DNA from: Candidatus Sericytochromatia bacterium
Lineage (GTDB): Bacteria; Cyanobacteriota; Sericytochromatia; S15B-MN24; JAQBPE01
DNA length: 50,932 nt
Assembly (NCBI GenBank): GCA_035285125.1
Contig: JAYKHR010000110.1
Location: forward strand, 1-50,932
Direction of reading: 5' to 3'
The notes below the pieces were generated by a model. The model searched no databases and had not been told where the DNA came from. It saw only the letters and a list, made by a program, of their open reading frames with translations. The stretch's first letter is position 1. Each line of letters starts with the position of its first letter. A program made the translations under genes and the position numbers. Shown here in pieces: positions 38,324 through 47,243 of the stretch.

Positions 38324-40723
38324 TCAGCCGCACTTCGAGTAGCCGCAGCCGCGGCACGTGACGCAGCCTTCACCGAACTCGAGGCCGTTGCCGCACTCCG
38401 GGCATTCAGGGCTCTCGCCGTAGATGTGGACGGCGTCGGGCCCGAAGCGATCGGAGGCGACCTTGGCGAGGACCGTCGCCCCCGCGCCGACGGGCACAGC
38501 CGCCGGCTGGGCAGCCAGCACCTGGCCGAGCTTTCGCGGGCTGTCCTTCAGCACCTTGCCGATCGCGTCGGGGATGCTGAGCACCTGGTTGGCGCCGAAG
38601 CCGTAGGGGTTCGCGCCCCGGATGCCGATGAGGCTCCGCGAAATCTCGTCCACGGGCACGTTGTGCTGCAGGGCGAGGCTGATGAGGCGGCCGATGGCCT
38701 CGGAGAGGCTAAACAGGGTGCCGCCAGAGCGCCCGATGTTGGTGACGACCTCCCGGATGCCGTACTCGTCGTAGTTCACCGTCGTGTAGAGCTTGCCGTC
38801 GCCCGTATGGGTCGTGCGGGTGAAGCCGTAGAGGTCCTCCGGACGCGGCCGGGTCCGCAAGGGGGCAGACTCGACCACCGCGGCCGCGGCCACAGGCTCA
38901 GCCGCCGGCGTGGCCGGGGCCTTGGAGACGGACAGGGGCTGGAACTGACGCGAGTTGTTGCGGTAGACGGTGATGCCCTTGCACCCGGTCTGGTAGGCAA
39001 GCCTGTAGGCCGTCTCGACGTCCTCGGGCGTGGCCTGCTCGGCGAAGTTGATGGTCTTCGAGGTCGCCGAGTCGTTGTAGTGCTGGAAAGCGGCTTGCAG
39101 GCGGACATGCTCCTCGGGGGAGATGTCGTGGGCGGTGCGGAACACGTCGACGGCCGAGGCAGGGACCTCAAAGCCCTCGAGATGCACGAGGCTGCCGTGG
39201 TTCAGGTCGATGGCGTCCATCAGGGCATCGCTCGCGAAGCCGTGACGCTCGGCGTGGTCGAGGAAGACGCGGTCGACATCAACCATGTGGGTGTCGGCCT
39301 GCCAGCGCTTGAAAGCCAAGGCAAAGACCGGCTCGCAGCCGCCAGAGGTGTCGGCGATGATGGACAGCGTGCCCGTTGGCGCCACGGTGGTGGTGGTGCT
39401 GTTGCGCAGACCGAACCGCTCCACCTCTTCCCAGACGGCCATGTAGTTGGCCTCAGGGTGACGACCCGGCCGGGCGTCGCGCTCCGAGAACATCTTGAGG
39501 AACACAGCGTTGGACTCGGCCTCGTGGCCCACTCGGGCGGGGAAGGGGCCGCGCTTCTTGGCCAGGGCCAAGCTCTTCACCTTGGACTCGAAGTCGATGA
39601 AGCTCATGACCTGCTCGGCCAGCCGGAGGCTCTCGGCCGTGCCGTAGCCGACGCCCAGCTTGAAGAGCATGCGGGCGAAGCCCATCACGCCAAGCCCGAT
39701 CTTGCGGGTGGCATGGGTGACTTGCTCGATCTCAGGGATCGGGTACTTGTTCGCGTCAATGACGTTGTCAAGCAGGTGGGTGGCGGCATGGATGACGCCG
39801 CGCAGCCGGGCCCAGTCGACGGCAGGACCGTCCGCCCCGGCGGTGACGAACCGCTCGAGGTTGATGGAGCCGAGGTTGCAGGACTCGTAGGGGATCAGCG
39901 GCTGCTCACCGCAAGGGTTGGTCGCTTCGTAGCGCCCCATCCAGGGCACGGGGCAGTACTCGTTCATGCGGTCGATGAAGACGATGCCGGGCTCACCCGT
40001 GCTCCAGGCCCGCTGCACAATCTCCCGGAAGACGTGGCGCGCGTCGAGTTGGGCCACGACCTCCCCCGAGCGAGGGTTGAACAGGTCGTAGGCAGTGCCT
40101 GCCTCGACGGCCGCCATGAAGGCATCCGTGACAGCCACGGAGATGTTGAAGTTCGTGAGCTTGGACAGGTCTTCCTTGTGGGCCACGAAGTCCAGGATGT
40201 CCGGGTGGTCGACGCGCAGGATGCCCATGTTGGCACCCCGGCGCATGCCGCCCTGCTTGATGCTCTCGGTGGCAGAGTTGAACACATCCATGAACGACAC
40301 CGGGCCGGAGGAGACGCCCTTCGTGCTCTGAACGAGGTCGTTCTTGGGGCGCAGCCGCGAGAACGAGAACCCGGTGCCGCCGCCCGTCTGGTGAATGAGC
40401 GCGGCGTGCTTGATGCTCTCGAAGATGCCCGCGAGATCGTCGGGCACGGGGAGCACGAAGCATGCAGAGAGCTGGCCCGTGCGGGTGCCGGCGTTGGCCA
40501 GCGTGGGAGAGTTCGGCAGGAAGTCGAGGCTGTGGGTCAGGTGGAAGAAGGACTCCGCAGTGGCCTCAATCTCGGCATCCGAAGCGCCATAGAGGCGATC
40601 GGGCTCCGCGAGGGCGCGCGCGACCCGCTTGAACAACCCCTCGGGAGTCTCGGCCAACTGGCCCTGCTGATCCTTCAGCAGGTAGCGCTTTTCGAGCACC
40701 GTGACCGCGTTCTTGCTCAACAT
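38324..40723 (-). CDS. nrdJ: Class II (adenosylcobalamin-dependent) ribonucleotide reductase with C-terminal TSCPD and Zn-ribbon domains
   Basis: PNSPTLANAG, SACFV, GGGTGFSFS, TNPCGEQPL..YESCNLGS, APTGT, KGITVYR and CPECG...GCVTCRGCGYSKCG. No beta subunit nearby. Confidence 0.95.
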   Translation of the reverse strand: MLSKNAVTVLEKRYLLKDQQGQLAETPEGLFKRVARALAEPDRLYGASDAEIEATAESFFHLTHSLDFLPNSPTLANAGTRTGQLSACFVLPVPDDLAGIFESIKHAALIHQTGGGTGFSFSRLRPKNDLVQSTKGVSSGPVSFMDVFNSATESIKQGGMRRGANMGILRVDHPDILDFVAHKEDLSKLTNFNISVAVTDAFMAAVEAGTAYDLFNPRSGEVVAQLDARHVFREIVQRAWSTGEPGIVFIDRMNEYCPVPWMGRYEATNPCGEQPLIPYESCNLGSINLERFVTAGADGPAVDWARLRGVIHAATHLLDNVIDANKYPIPEIEQVTHATRKIGLGVMGFARMLFKLGVGYGTAESLRLAEQVMSFIDFESKVKSLALAKKRGPFPARVGHEAESNAVFLKMFSERDARPGRHPEANYMAVWEEVERFGLRNSTTTTVAPTGTLSIIADTSGGCEPVFALAFKRWQADTHMVDVDRVFLDHAERHGFASDALMDAIDLNHGSLVHLEGFEVPASAVDVFRTAHDISPEEHVRLQAAFQHYNDSATSKTINFAEQATPEDVETAYRLAYQTGCKGITVYRNNSRQFQPLSVSKAPATPAAEPVAAAAVVESAPLRTRPRPEDLYGFTRTTHTGDGKLYTTVNYDEYGIREVVTNIGRSGGTLFSLSEAIGRLISLALQHNVPVDEISRSLIGIRGANPYGFGANQVLSIPDAIGKVLKDSPRKLGQVLAAQPAAVPVGAGATVLAKVASDRFGPDAVHIYGESPECPECGNGLEFGEGCVTCRGCGYSKCG

Positions 40724-40772
40724 AATCTGGGGATTCTCCTCGTTCGAGTCTGGTCGGAGAGGGGGTGGGGGC

Positions 40773-40876
40773 AAAACAGCCGGGGGTTCGAGGGTCGAAC
40801 CGCCGGCGTGCCAAAAGCGCTCATCTGGGCTGGCTTAAGTTGCGAAACCGTTGTGGCGCCTTAACTTCAAGCCCAG
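40773..40876 (-). promoter_or_regulatory. Structured 5' leader of nrdJ with a terminator-like hairpin
   Basis: Hairpin 1 at 40876-40825 (CUGGGCU/AGCCCAG, AAGUU/AACUU). Hairpin 2 at 40807-40779 (GCCGG-c-GGUUCGA-ccc-UCGAACC-c-CCGGC) is followed by UGUUUU. Confidence 0.5.
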
Positions 40877-40889
40877 GCAACGAGGGGGA

Positions 40890-40918
40890 ATTATACGAGA
40901 GCCACCCGGCGAACGCAA
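40890..40918 (-). promoter_or_regulatory. Sigma70 promoter of nrdJ
   Basis: TTGCGT (40918-40913), 17 bp, TATAAT (40895-40890). Confidence 0.75.
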
Positions 40919-40997
40919 TCCCTGAGGGCATTCGAAGCGTGCAGGCTTCACTAACATAACAACATCCTGCCAGCGTCAACAGCCCCCCCTTGTTCGG

Positions 40998-41174
40998 CGC
41001 CGGAGCTCGTCCCACAACCAAGAGCCCATGTGACTCTCAAGACCGTCATCTGCCCCCGACGCCAGGGCCTGTACAACGACGAAAGCTTTACATCGCGTTA
41101 CGGGGTTCCCACCTGGCCCGGCTGCGCGACAGAACGCAAGAGCCAGGTGCCGTCGGGACGAAGGCCTTGCGGCG
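40998..41174 (-). ncRNA. ssrS: Probable 6S RNA
   Basis: 177-nt segment that hand-folds into one rod: CGCCG/CGGCG, UCGUCCC/GGGACGA, ACGGC/GUUGU, GCUC/GGGC, a bubble, UCUGUC/GGCAGA, GCCAGG/CCUGGC and CGAUG/CGUCG. G-U pairs favour the minus strand. UGGGAACCCCG resembles the conserved 6S motif as recalled. Confidence 0.65.
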
Positions 41175-41193
41175 GGAAAATGGCCAGGTTGCA

Positions 41194-41208
41194 GGTTAAA
41201 ATTTAACC
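41194..41208. promoter_or_regulatory. Perfect inverted repeat GGTTAAA-A-TTTAACC; candidate operator
   Basis: 7-1-7 dyad about 20 nt upstream of the putative 6S RNA, in its divergent region with the PLD gene. Confidence 0.45.
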
Positions 41209-41378
41209 ACCGCCCGTCCATCTCCGCAAAGCTAGTCCAGGAGCAACTCCGAGGACCGTTGATGCGGCGCCGACAATTAAGAAACACCAAAGCCAGGGTT
41301 AAATAATCACGATTCCCACAAGCCAGAGGTTCCAGCCGGGGAAGATACCCCCAGGTGGTGTGTGTGATCGAGGTAGCC

Positions 41379-42971
41379 ATGAGGTTCCGTCCCTCCCGGA
41401 TCCTGTTCTCCGCTCTGTTGGTGGTTGTCGCCTCGGGCTGCTCACGGGCAGGGGCCCTGGGCCCCGTCGGCCAACTCCGAGCGACGGGCGATGCCCGCGC
41501 CGAGGCACTCGCCCAGCAGGAGGCCACGGGACTGATCGGTGGCGACGTCGCGGCAGGCGGCCTCGACCGGCAGCAGGCAGGCTTCGACCCGGCCACCTTC
41601 CTTGCGCTGGACCGCAACGCAGACGGCCGCCTCGACCGGAGCGAACAGCTCGCCGGCTTCGGCCAGGTCTGGCAGGCAATGAGGGCCTTGGGCAACGCCC
41701 GCCGGCCGGGGCCGGCCGCAGACCGCGACGAGCCCACCGTCCCGGCCCAGGAGTACAGCGTGCCTCACCCGGCCACCTACGGCCCCGCCGAGGCCGAGGT
41801 GTACATCGATGCGGGCGAGATCATGCCCGCCGTCTTCCACACCCTGCAGGAAGCCACCCGGTCGATCTGGATGGACCTGTTCCTGCTCGGCGGCAGCGAG
41901 GGCCGCAAGCTTGCCGACCTGCTGGTCAAGAAGCACCAGGAGGGCGTGGACGTGCGGCTGCTGCACGACCCGGGCTACGGCTTGGCCGGGGCGGCGAACG
42001 CTCAGATCGTGCCCGTCGTGAGGCACCTGCTGGCGAACGGCGTGGCCGTCAGGAGCTACCCCCTTTCCTACATGCCGCGACGCAAGGGTCACCCGCTCGC
42101 GAACCGGTTCCAGATCGATCACAACAAATTTGCGATCGTCGACGGGCGCACGGCGATGCTCGGCACCATGAACCTGATCGACCTCGGCGTCATGAACCAT
42201 GACGTCTACATGAAGGTGACGGGCTCGGCGGCAGAAGAGCTTGCCGCCATCCACGCGGCCACGTGGGCCCTGCGCGGCAGCAAGCCACCGGTCTTTCCCG
42301 CCCCTCCATCCTCAGCGCCCGCGCTGGAGCCACCACCCACGAAGGGGCTCGGCTTCGGCCTCCTGCAGGCCAGCGCCCCCGCCACGGCGGGGGACGCCGC
42401 GCGCGTGACGAAGACGGACATCGACGTGCAGGACACCAAGAAGCTCCTGCTCGAGGCGATCGCGCAAGCGCGCCGCAGCGTGCACGTTGCGATCTTCGAG
42501 TTCGGCGACGTCGAGGTGGCCCGGGCCCTCGTGGCCGCCTACAAGCGCGGCATCGACGTGCGGGTGCTCTGCGACCGCAACGCGAACTACCACAAGTACC
42601 TGGACGCCTTCAAGAAGCTCAAGCTTTACGGCACGCCGAACCTGGTGACGGCCAACCTTCTGCGGGACGCGGGCGTTCCCGTGAAGTGGTACGTCCCCCA
42701 GCTCGAGGACCAGGAGTTGCACATGAAGCTGGCGCTGATCGATGGCGAGCGGGCGCTCGTTGGCTCCACCAACTTCACGTATCAGGCCTTCGGGACCTTC
42801 CGAGAGACCAACCTGGATCTCGTCTCAACGCGGGTGTCCGCCCGCCTGGAGGAGATGTTCCAGCGCGACTGGGACCACCGCGGCGCCCCCGTCACCAGGC
42901 CGACCTTCTTAGAGAAGTCGGTGATGGCAGCCGTCCGTGCCTTCGACAAGTTCAACCTGAGCTGGTGGTAA
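41379..42971 (+). CDS. Phospholipase D-family lipoprotein with an EF-hand-like motif
   Basis: Lipobox ASGC; DRNADGRLDRSE; two HKD motifs (HNKFAIVD and HMKLALID...GSTN). Confidence 0.88.
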   Translation: MRFRPSRILFSALLVVVASGCSRAGALGPVGQLRATGDARAEALAQQEATGLIGGDVAAGGLDRQQAGFDPATFLALDRNADGRLDRSEQLAGFGQVWQAMRALGNARRPGPAADRDEPTVPAQEYSVPHPATYGPAEAEVYIDAGEIMPAVFHTLQEATRSIWMDLFLLGGSEGRKLADLLVKKHQEGVDVRLLHDPGYGLAGAANAQIVPVVRHLLANGVAVRSYPLSYMPRRKGHPLANRFQIDHNKFAIVDGRTAMLGTMNLIDLGVMNHDVYMKVTGSAAEELAAIHAATWALRGSKPPVFPAPPSSAPALEPPPTKGLGFGLLQASAPATAGDAARVTKTDIDVQDTKKLLLEAIAQARRSVHVAIFEFGDVEVARALVAAYKRGIDVRVLCDRNANYHKYLDAFKKLKLYGTPNLVTANLLRDAGVPVKWYVPQLEDQELHMKLALIDGERALVGSTNFTYQAFGTFRETNLDLVSTRVSARLEEMFQRDWDHRGAPVTRPTFLEKSVMAAVRAFDKFNLSWW

Positions 42972-42986
42972 GGCCGGCGGAGGGCC

Positions 42987-43778
42987 TTACTCCGCAGCCT
43001 CCGAAGCCAGCGCGGACGGAATCTCAGCCACCGCGGCCTCTCCCTCGCCGGCCCGGGAGGCCATCCGCCGCGCAGACCACCAGCCGAGCGCCAGGGTGAC
43101 GGCGGTCGCGAGGACAATCAGCACGAGGTCGAGGCGGGGCAAGGGCGTCGCCGCAAGCAGCGGCCGGATCTTGGCGTCGTGGACGACCATCTCGGCAGCC
43201 GTCCAGGCCAGCACCCCGGCCCCTGCGTACGCGAGCACGGGCCAACGGCGCAGCAGCGTCGTCAGCAGCTGGCTGCCGAACAACACGATAGGGATGCTGA
43301 GGGCAAGGCCGAACAGGAGCAGGGGCAGGTTGCCGTGGGAGGCGCCCCCGACGGCCAGGATGTTGTCGAGGCTCATGACGGCGTCGGCCACGATGATGAT
43401 CCGCACGGCCTCCCAGAAGCCGTGGATCTCGCCAGGCCTGTCCTCACCTTCCTCTTCCTCGATCAGCAGCTTGTAGGCGATCCAGAAGAGCGCTATGCCG
43501 CCGATCGCCTGCAGGTAGGGCACGGAGAGCAGCAACGCAGCCAGGGCGGCGAACAACACGCGTAGGATCACCGCGCCTGCCGCACCGATGACCGCAGCCC
43601 GGCGTGCCACCCGCCCGGGAAGGGACTTCACGGCCATCGCGATCACGACCGCGTTGTCCCCCGAAAGCACCAGGTCGATCACGACGATCTTCAGGATGGC
43701 CTCGGGCGTGACCCCGTTAAGCTGCGCGGCAAGTGAGACCGTGAATTGCGAGACCGACCCGACCGAGACCGCATCCAT
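42987..43778 (-). CDS. TerC-family (YjbE-like) membrane protein
   Basis: IDLVLSGDNAVVIA, IIVADAVMSLDN and FGLALSIP. Confidence 0.92.
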   Translation of the reverse strand: MDAVSVGSVSQFTVSLAAQLNGVTPEAILKIVVIDLVLSGDNAVVIAMAVKSLPGRVARRAAVIGAAGAVILRVLFAALAALLLSVPYLQAIGGIALFWIAYKLLIEEEEGEDRPGEIHGFWEAVRIIIVADAVMSLDNILAVGGASHGNLPLLLFGLALSIPIVLFGSQLLTTLLRRWPVLAYAGAGVLAWTAAEMVVHDAKIRPLLAATPLPRLDLVLIVLATAVTLALGWWSARRMASRAGEGEAAVAEIPSALASEAAE

Positions 43779-43826
43779 TGGCACTGGCAACGACCCTTTC
43801 GAATGCCCATAGGCAGAACAGCCACC

Positions 43827-44495
43827 TCAGATGCTCGCCCGCTCCGGTCGAGGAAAAAGGCCGGGCAGGGTGGGGGGGAGTTCCAAGGCAGACTCCACCA
43901 GATCGTAAATGTTACAGCAGTCCAGGCTGCTGTGCACGAAATCGAGGTCGTCAGCCGGCAAGGTCACCACAGGGGACTGGCGCCAACCGTCGATCCACTC
44001 GTTGTAGAGGTCGTTCAGCTGGGCGAGGTAGTCCAGCGGGATGGCAGCCTCGTAGTCACGCCCGCGCTTGGCGATTCGCTTCTGGAGAGTTGGCAGGCTC
44101 GCCTTCAGGTACACGACGAGGTCCGGGGCCCGGAAGAACCGCCCCATGATCCCGTAGATCTGGCGGTAGTTGTCGTAGTCTCGCTCCGACATCTGGCCGT
44201 TGCGACGCAGGTTCTCGGCAAAGATGGCACAGTCTTCGTAGACTGAGCGATCCTGGATGACGCTGTCGTGGCCCTCGACGATGCGACGATGGCTCTCGAA
44301 GCGCTTGCCCAGGAAATAAATCTGGAGCGGAAAGCTCCATCGATGCATGTCGATGTAGAAGTCGGCCAGGTAGGGGTTACCGTCCACCGACTCGTAGTTG
44401 GGCGTGAACCCCAGGTGGCGGGACAGGTATCGCGTCAGCGTGGTCTTGCCGCTGCCGATGTTGCCGGCGATGACGACGAACTTCTTCTGGTGCAA
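43827..44495 (-). CDS. Deoxynucleoside kinase
   Basis: IAGNIGSGKTT, NPYLADFY, QDRSVYED and RI.KRGR.YE; TTG start. Confidence 0.92.
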   Translation of the reverse strand: MHQKKFVVIAGNIGSGKTTLTRYLSRHLGFTPNYESVDGNPYLADFYIDMHRWSFPLQIYFLGKRFESHRRIVEGHDSVIQDRSVYEDCAIFAENLRRNGQMSERDYDNYRQIYGIMGRFFRAPDLVVYLKASLPTLQKRIAKRGRDYEAAIPLDYLAQLNDLYNEWIDGWRQSPVVTLPADDLDFVHSSLDCCNIYDLVESALELPPTLPGLFPRPERASI

Positions 44496-44508
44496 GACGG
44501 GCCTACCT

Positions 44509-45783
44509 TCAGGCAAGCGACAGCCGGGCCGCCAGGGCCTCGGCGTCGAGGGGGAGCCGCTCCTGGGTGCGGGCCCGGAGGTCCTTGAGCGTGACCGCTC
44601 CCTCCGCAAGCTCTTGCTCCCCGAGCACGATCGCGAAGCGGGCCCCGAGCCTCTCCGCGTGCTTGAACTGCTTGTCGAGCTTGCCGCCGGGGGCGAGGTC
44701 CAGGGCGACACCCAGGGCCCGCAGCGCGCGAGCGAGGCCGAAGCCCGGCGCCAGGGGCGTGCCGGGCGCCGTCAAGAGCACCGCGGCAGGCCCGGCCGCC
44801 GTCGCCAGCTCAGCTGGCAGCAATGTCAGCAGGCGCTCCATCCCGAGGGCCCACCCGACGGCCGGGGTGGGAGGGCCCCCCAGCTCAGCCACCAGGCCGT
44901 CGTAGCGCCCTCCGGCGCAGATCGTGCTCTGCGCCCCGAGTCGGGCATCCCGGGTGACGAACTCGAAGACGGTGCGGCTGTAGTAGTCGAGCCCCCGCAC
45001 CAGGCGGGCATTCCGACGCGGCGAGAGCCCAGCGGCCTCGAGCAGGGTCGTCACGGTGACAAGTGCTGCCACACAGCCCTCGCACAGCGCGGCGTCGATG
45101 AGGGGCGCCTCCGCCAGCACCTCGCGGCAGGCAGGGACCTTGCAGTCCAGCACCCGCAGCGGGTTCCGCTCCGTGCGCGACGTGCAGTCGGCGCACAGCG
45201 CCTCGACCCGCTGCCGCAGCCATGCCTGAAGGGCCTCGCGATAGGTGGGGCGGCAGCCGGCGCACCCGACGGAGTTCAGCTCGAGGTCCCAGGCACCGGT
45301 GGCAGCGGCCAACCCGAGGGACTCGAAGATCTCGGCGGCGAGCACGATGGCTTCGGCATCCCAGCGCGGATCCTCGCTGCCCAGGCACTCCACGCCCAGC
45401 TGGTGAAACTGGCGCTGGCGACCGGCCTGCACGTTCTCGGCTCGGAACATCGGCCCTGCGTACCAGAGTTTCTGGGGCGACGGCCCGGTGTAAAGCTTGT
45501 GCTGGATGTAGGCCCTGGCGACGCCGGCCGTGTTCTCAGGCCGCAGCGTGAGCGAGCGTCCGCCGCGGTCCTGGAAGGTGAACATCTCCTTGCCCACGAT
45601 GTCGGTATTCTCACCGATGCCCCGCGCGAACAGCTCCGTCGCCTCATAGACTGGCGTGCGCAGCTCCTCGTACCGGTAGCGGTGAAGGACCTCCCCCGCC
45701 AACCGCTCGACGTGGCGCCAGCGCGCGGCCTCCACCGGGAGGATGTCCTTGGTGCCTTTGATGGTCTGGATGGGTTGCGACAC
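44509..45783 (-). CDS. hisS: Histidine-tRNA ligase
   Basis: KGTKDILP, LRPENTA, GPMFR.E..Q.GR.RQFHQ, LVRGLDYY and GGRYDGL. Confidence 0.97.
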   Translation of the reverse strand: MSQPIQTIKGTKDILPVEAARWRHVERLAGEVLHRYRYEELRTPVYEATELFARGIGENTDIVGKEMFTFQDRGGRSLTLRPENTAGVARAYIQHKLYTGPSPQKLWYAGPMFRAENVQAGRQRQFHQLGVECLGSEDPRWDAEAIVLAAEIFESLGLAAATGAWDLELNSVGCAGCRPTYREALQAWLRQRVEALCADCTSRTERNPLRVLDCKVPACREVLAEAPLIDAALCEGCVAALVTVTTLLEAAGLSPRRNARLVRGLDYYSRTVFEFVTRDARLGAQSTICAGGRYDGLVAELGGPPTPAVGWALGMERLLTLLPAELATAAGPAAVLLTAPGTPLAPGFGLARALRALGVALDLAPGGKLDKQFKHAERLGARFAIVLGEQELAEGAVTLKDLRARTQERLPLDAEALAARLSLA

Positions 45784-45808
45784 GGGTGGCCTCGGGAGAG
45801 CGGAGCGT

Positions 45809-45839
45809 AAAGAAAAGGGGCCTCGTAGCGAGGCCCCTT
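45809..45839 (-). terminator. Intrinsic terminator after the Rieske gene
   Basis: AAGGGGCCTCG-CTA-CGAGGCCCCTT followed by TTCTTT on the minus strand. Confidence 0.8.
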
Positions 45840-45871
45840 GAGAGTGCGGCACAGGCCCGAGGGCCGGGCCG

Positions 45872-46366
45872 CTACACGCTGATGAAGACCTCGCCGTTCT
45901 CCACCTTTGCGCTGAACTGCGCCAGGGGGCGCGGCGGGGGACCCGCGACGTTCTTGCCCGTTTTGTCGTACTGGCCGCCGTGGCACGGGCAGAAAAACTT
46001 GCCGTTGCCGTCGTCCCAGGAGGCAGGGCAGCCCAGGTGGGTGCAGGTGTTCGACAGCGCGTAGGGCTGGCCGGCGTCGTCCTTGTAGACGTAAGCCGTA
46101 GCGTTGACCTGCTGCCGCATGAAGCCCTCGACGCGTTCGGTTTGGAAAGTGAACTGCTTGGGCGTGCCCGTGAGGTCTGCCTCGGTGCCGATCTTGACCC
46201 AGTTCTTCTTGCTCTCCGCCGTCCGGACCGCCGGGTCGAGGAAGTAGCCCGTCAGAGGCACGGCGAGCACGGCGGTGATGCCGGCGCCGAGGCCGTTGAT
46301 GACGTTGTTGAGGAACTTGCGCCGGGTGATGTCGTCGGGAGAGGCGGCGTGGGTGGTGTCTGCCAT
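45872..46366 (-). CDS. Rieske [2Fe-2S] protein of cytochrome bc type (QcrA/PetC-like) with a Tat signal
   Basis: TRRKFL Tat motif plus TM helix; CTHLGC, CPCHGG.YD and GPPPRPL. Confidence 0.93.
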   Translation of the reverse strand: MADTTHAASPDDITRRKFLNNVINGLGAGITAVLAVPLTGYFLDPAVRTAESKKNWVKIGTEADLTGTPKQFTFQTERVEGFMRQQVNATAYVYKDDAGQPYALSNTCTHLGCPASWDDGNGKFFCPCHGGQYDKTGKNVAGPPPRPLAQFSAKVENGEVFISV

Positions 46367-46470
46367 GGGGTCCTTCTTCTCTGACGGGGTTCGAGACCAG
46401 CGGCCGGGTTGCCTTGCCGGCAGCCGGGGGCAGGTGCCTCCAGCCTCACGGGGGCCGGAAGACCGCCCAC

Positions 46471-46499
46471 ATTATGCGCAGCGGGCCGCCGTTTGGCAA
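46471..46499 (-). promoter_or_regulatory. Sigma70-type promoter of the Rieske gene
   Basis: TTGCCA, 17 bp, CATAAT. Confidence 0.6.
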
Positions 46500-46664
46500 C
46501 CGAGCTCGTCACGGCCCGGCCCCAAGCCTCCAGATAACAATATTATGCGGCACATTATGTCACACCCGTTGCTGCCACCTGGACCGGCGTCTAGAATGGG
46601 CTGCCGCCCGTGTGCCGCCCGCTGCGGCCCCCCAGGAGGCGGTGACCAGCTGAAAGGGGCGACA

Positions 46665-47162
46665 GTGGCTCGCGCGATCTACCCCGGGAGCTTCGATCCC
46701 ATCACCAACGGCCACCTGGATATCCTTGAACGGGGCAGCCACGTCTTCGACGAGGTCGTGGTCGCGGTGCTGGTCAACACCAGCAAGCGCGGCCTGTTCA
46801 GCCACGAGGAGCGCGTGGCCATGATCCGCGAGGTGACGGCGCACCTTCCAAACGTCACGGTGGACGCGTTCAGCGGCCTGACGGCGGAATACGCCCGCCA
46901 GCGCGGGGCCCAGGTGCTCATCCGAGGCCTGCGGGCCGTCTCGGACTTCGATTCTGAGCTGCGCCTCGCCCTGACGAACAAGAAGCTGAACCCGGGGCTC
47001 GAGACGGTTTTCTTGATGACGAGCGCGGAGAATTTGTTCCTGAGTTCCAGCACCATCAAGGAGTTGGTCGCCCTCGGAGGGTCGCCGCAGGGCATGGTGC
47101 CAGACCAGGTCGTGGGGCCGCTGACCGAGAAGCTGCGGCCGTCTGGCGGGGGCGCTGGGTAG
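46665..47162 (+). CDS. coaD: Phosphopantetheine adenylyltransferase
   Basis: IYPGSFDPITNGHLDI, RGLRAVSDF and LSSSTIKE. Confidence 0.97.
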   Translation: MARAIYPGSFDPITNGHLDILERGSHVFDEVVVAVLVNTSKRGLFSHEERVAMIREVTAHLPNVTVDAFSGLTAEYARQRGAQVLIRGLRAVSDFDSELRLALTNKKLNPGLETVFLMTSAENLFLSSSTIKELVALGGSPQGMVPDQVVGPLTEKLRPSGGGAG

Positions 47163-47243
47163 CGACAGGCAGGCGGTCCGTAAAAAATTTTTATGTTCTC
47201 CCCCCTCCCGCCTTGACTGCAAAACGGTAAAATGTGACATCAT

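Noticed and set aside
38426..40864. 812-aa ORF antisense to nrdJ, and many similar long shadow ORFs (e.g. 20872-22731, 13624-15201, 49331-50833)
   Set aside because: They lie opposite or out of frame with well-supported genes and have no motifs. Such ORFs are expected in high-GC DNA with few stop codons.
40957..40972. NrdR-box-like TAACAACATCCTGCCA upstream of nrdJ
   Set aside because: It is a single imperfect copy upstream of the -35, whereas NrdR boxes are usually tandem. Too weak to call.
43779..43826. yybP-ykoY riboswitch before the TerC gene
   Set aside because: The intergenic space is only about 48 nt and shows no recognisable motif.
46554..47243. TGTGACAT(A/C)AT on both sides of coaD as CRP sites or element ends
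   Set aside because: There is no TGTGA-N6-TCACA dyad; extended -10 promoter elements explain it more simply.
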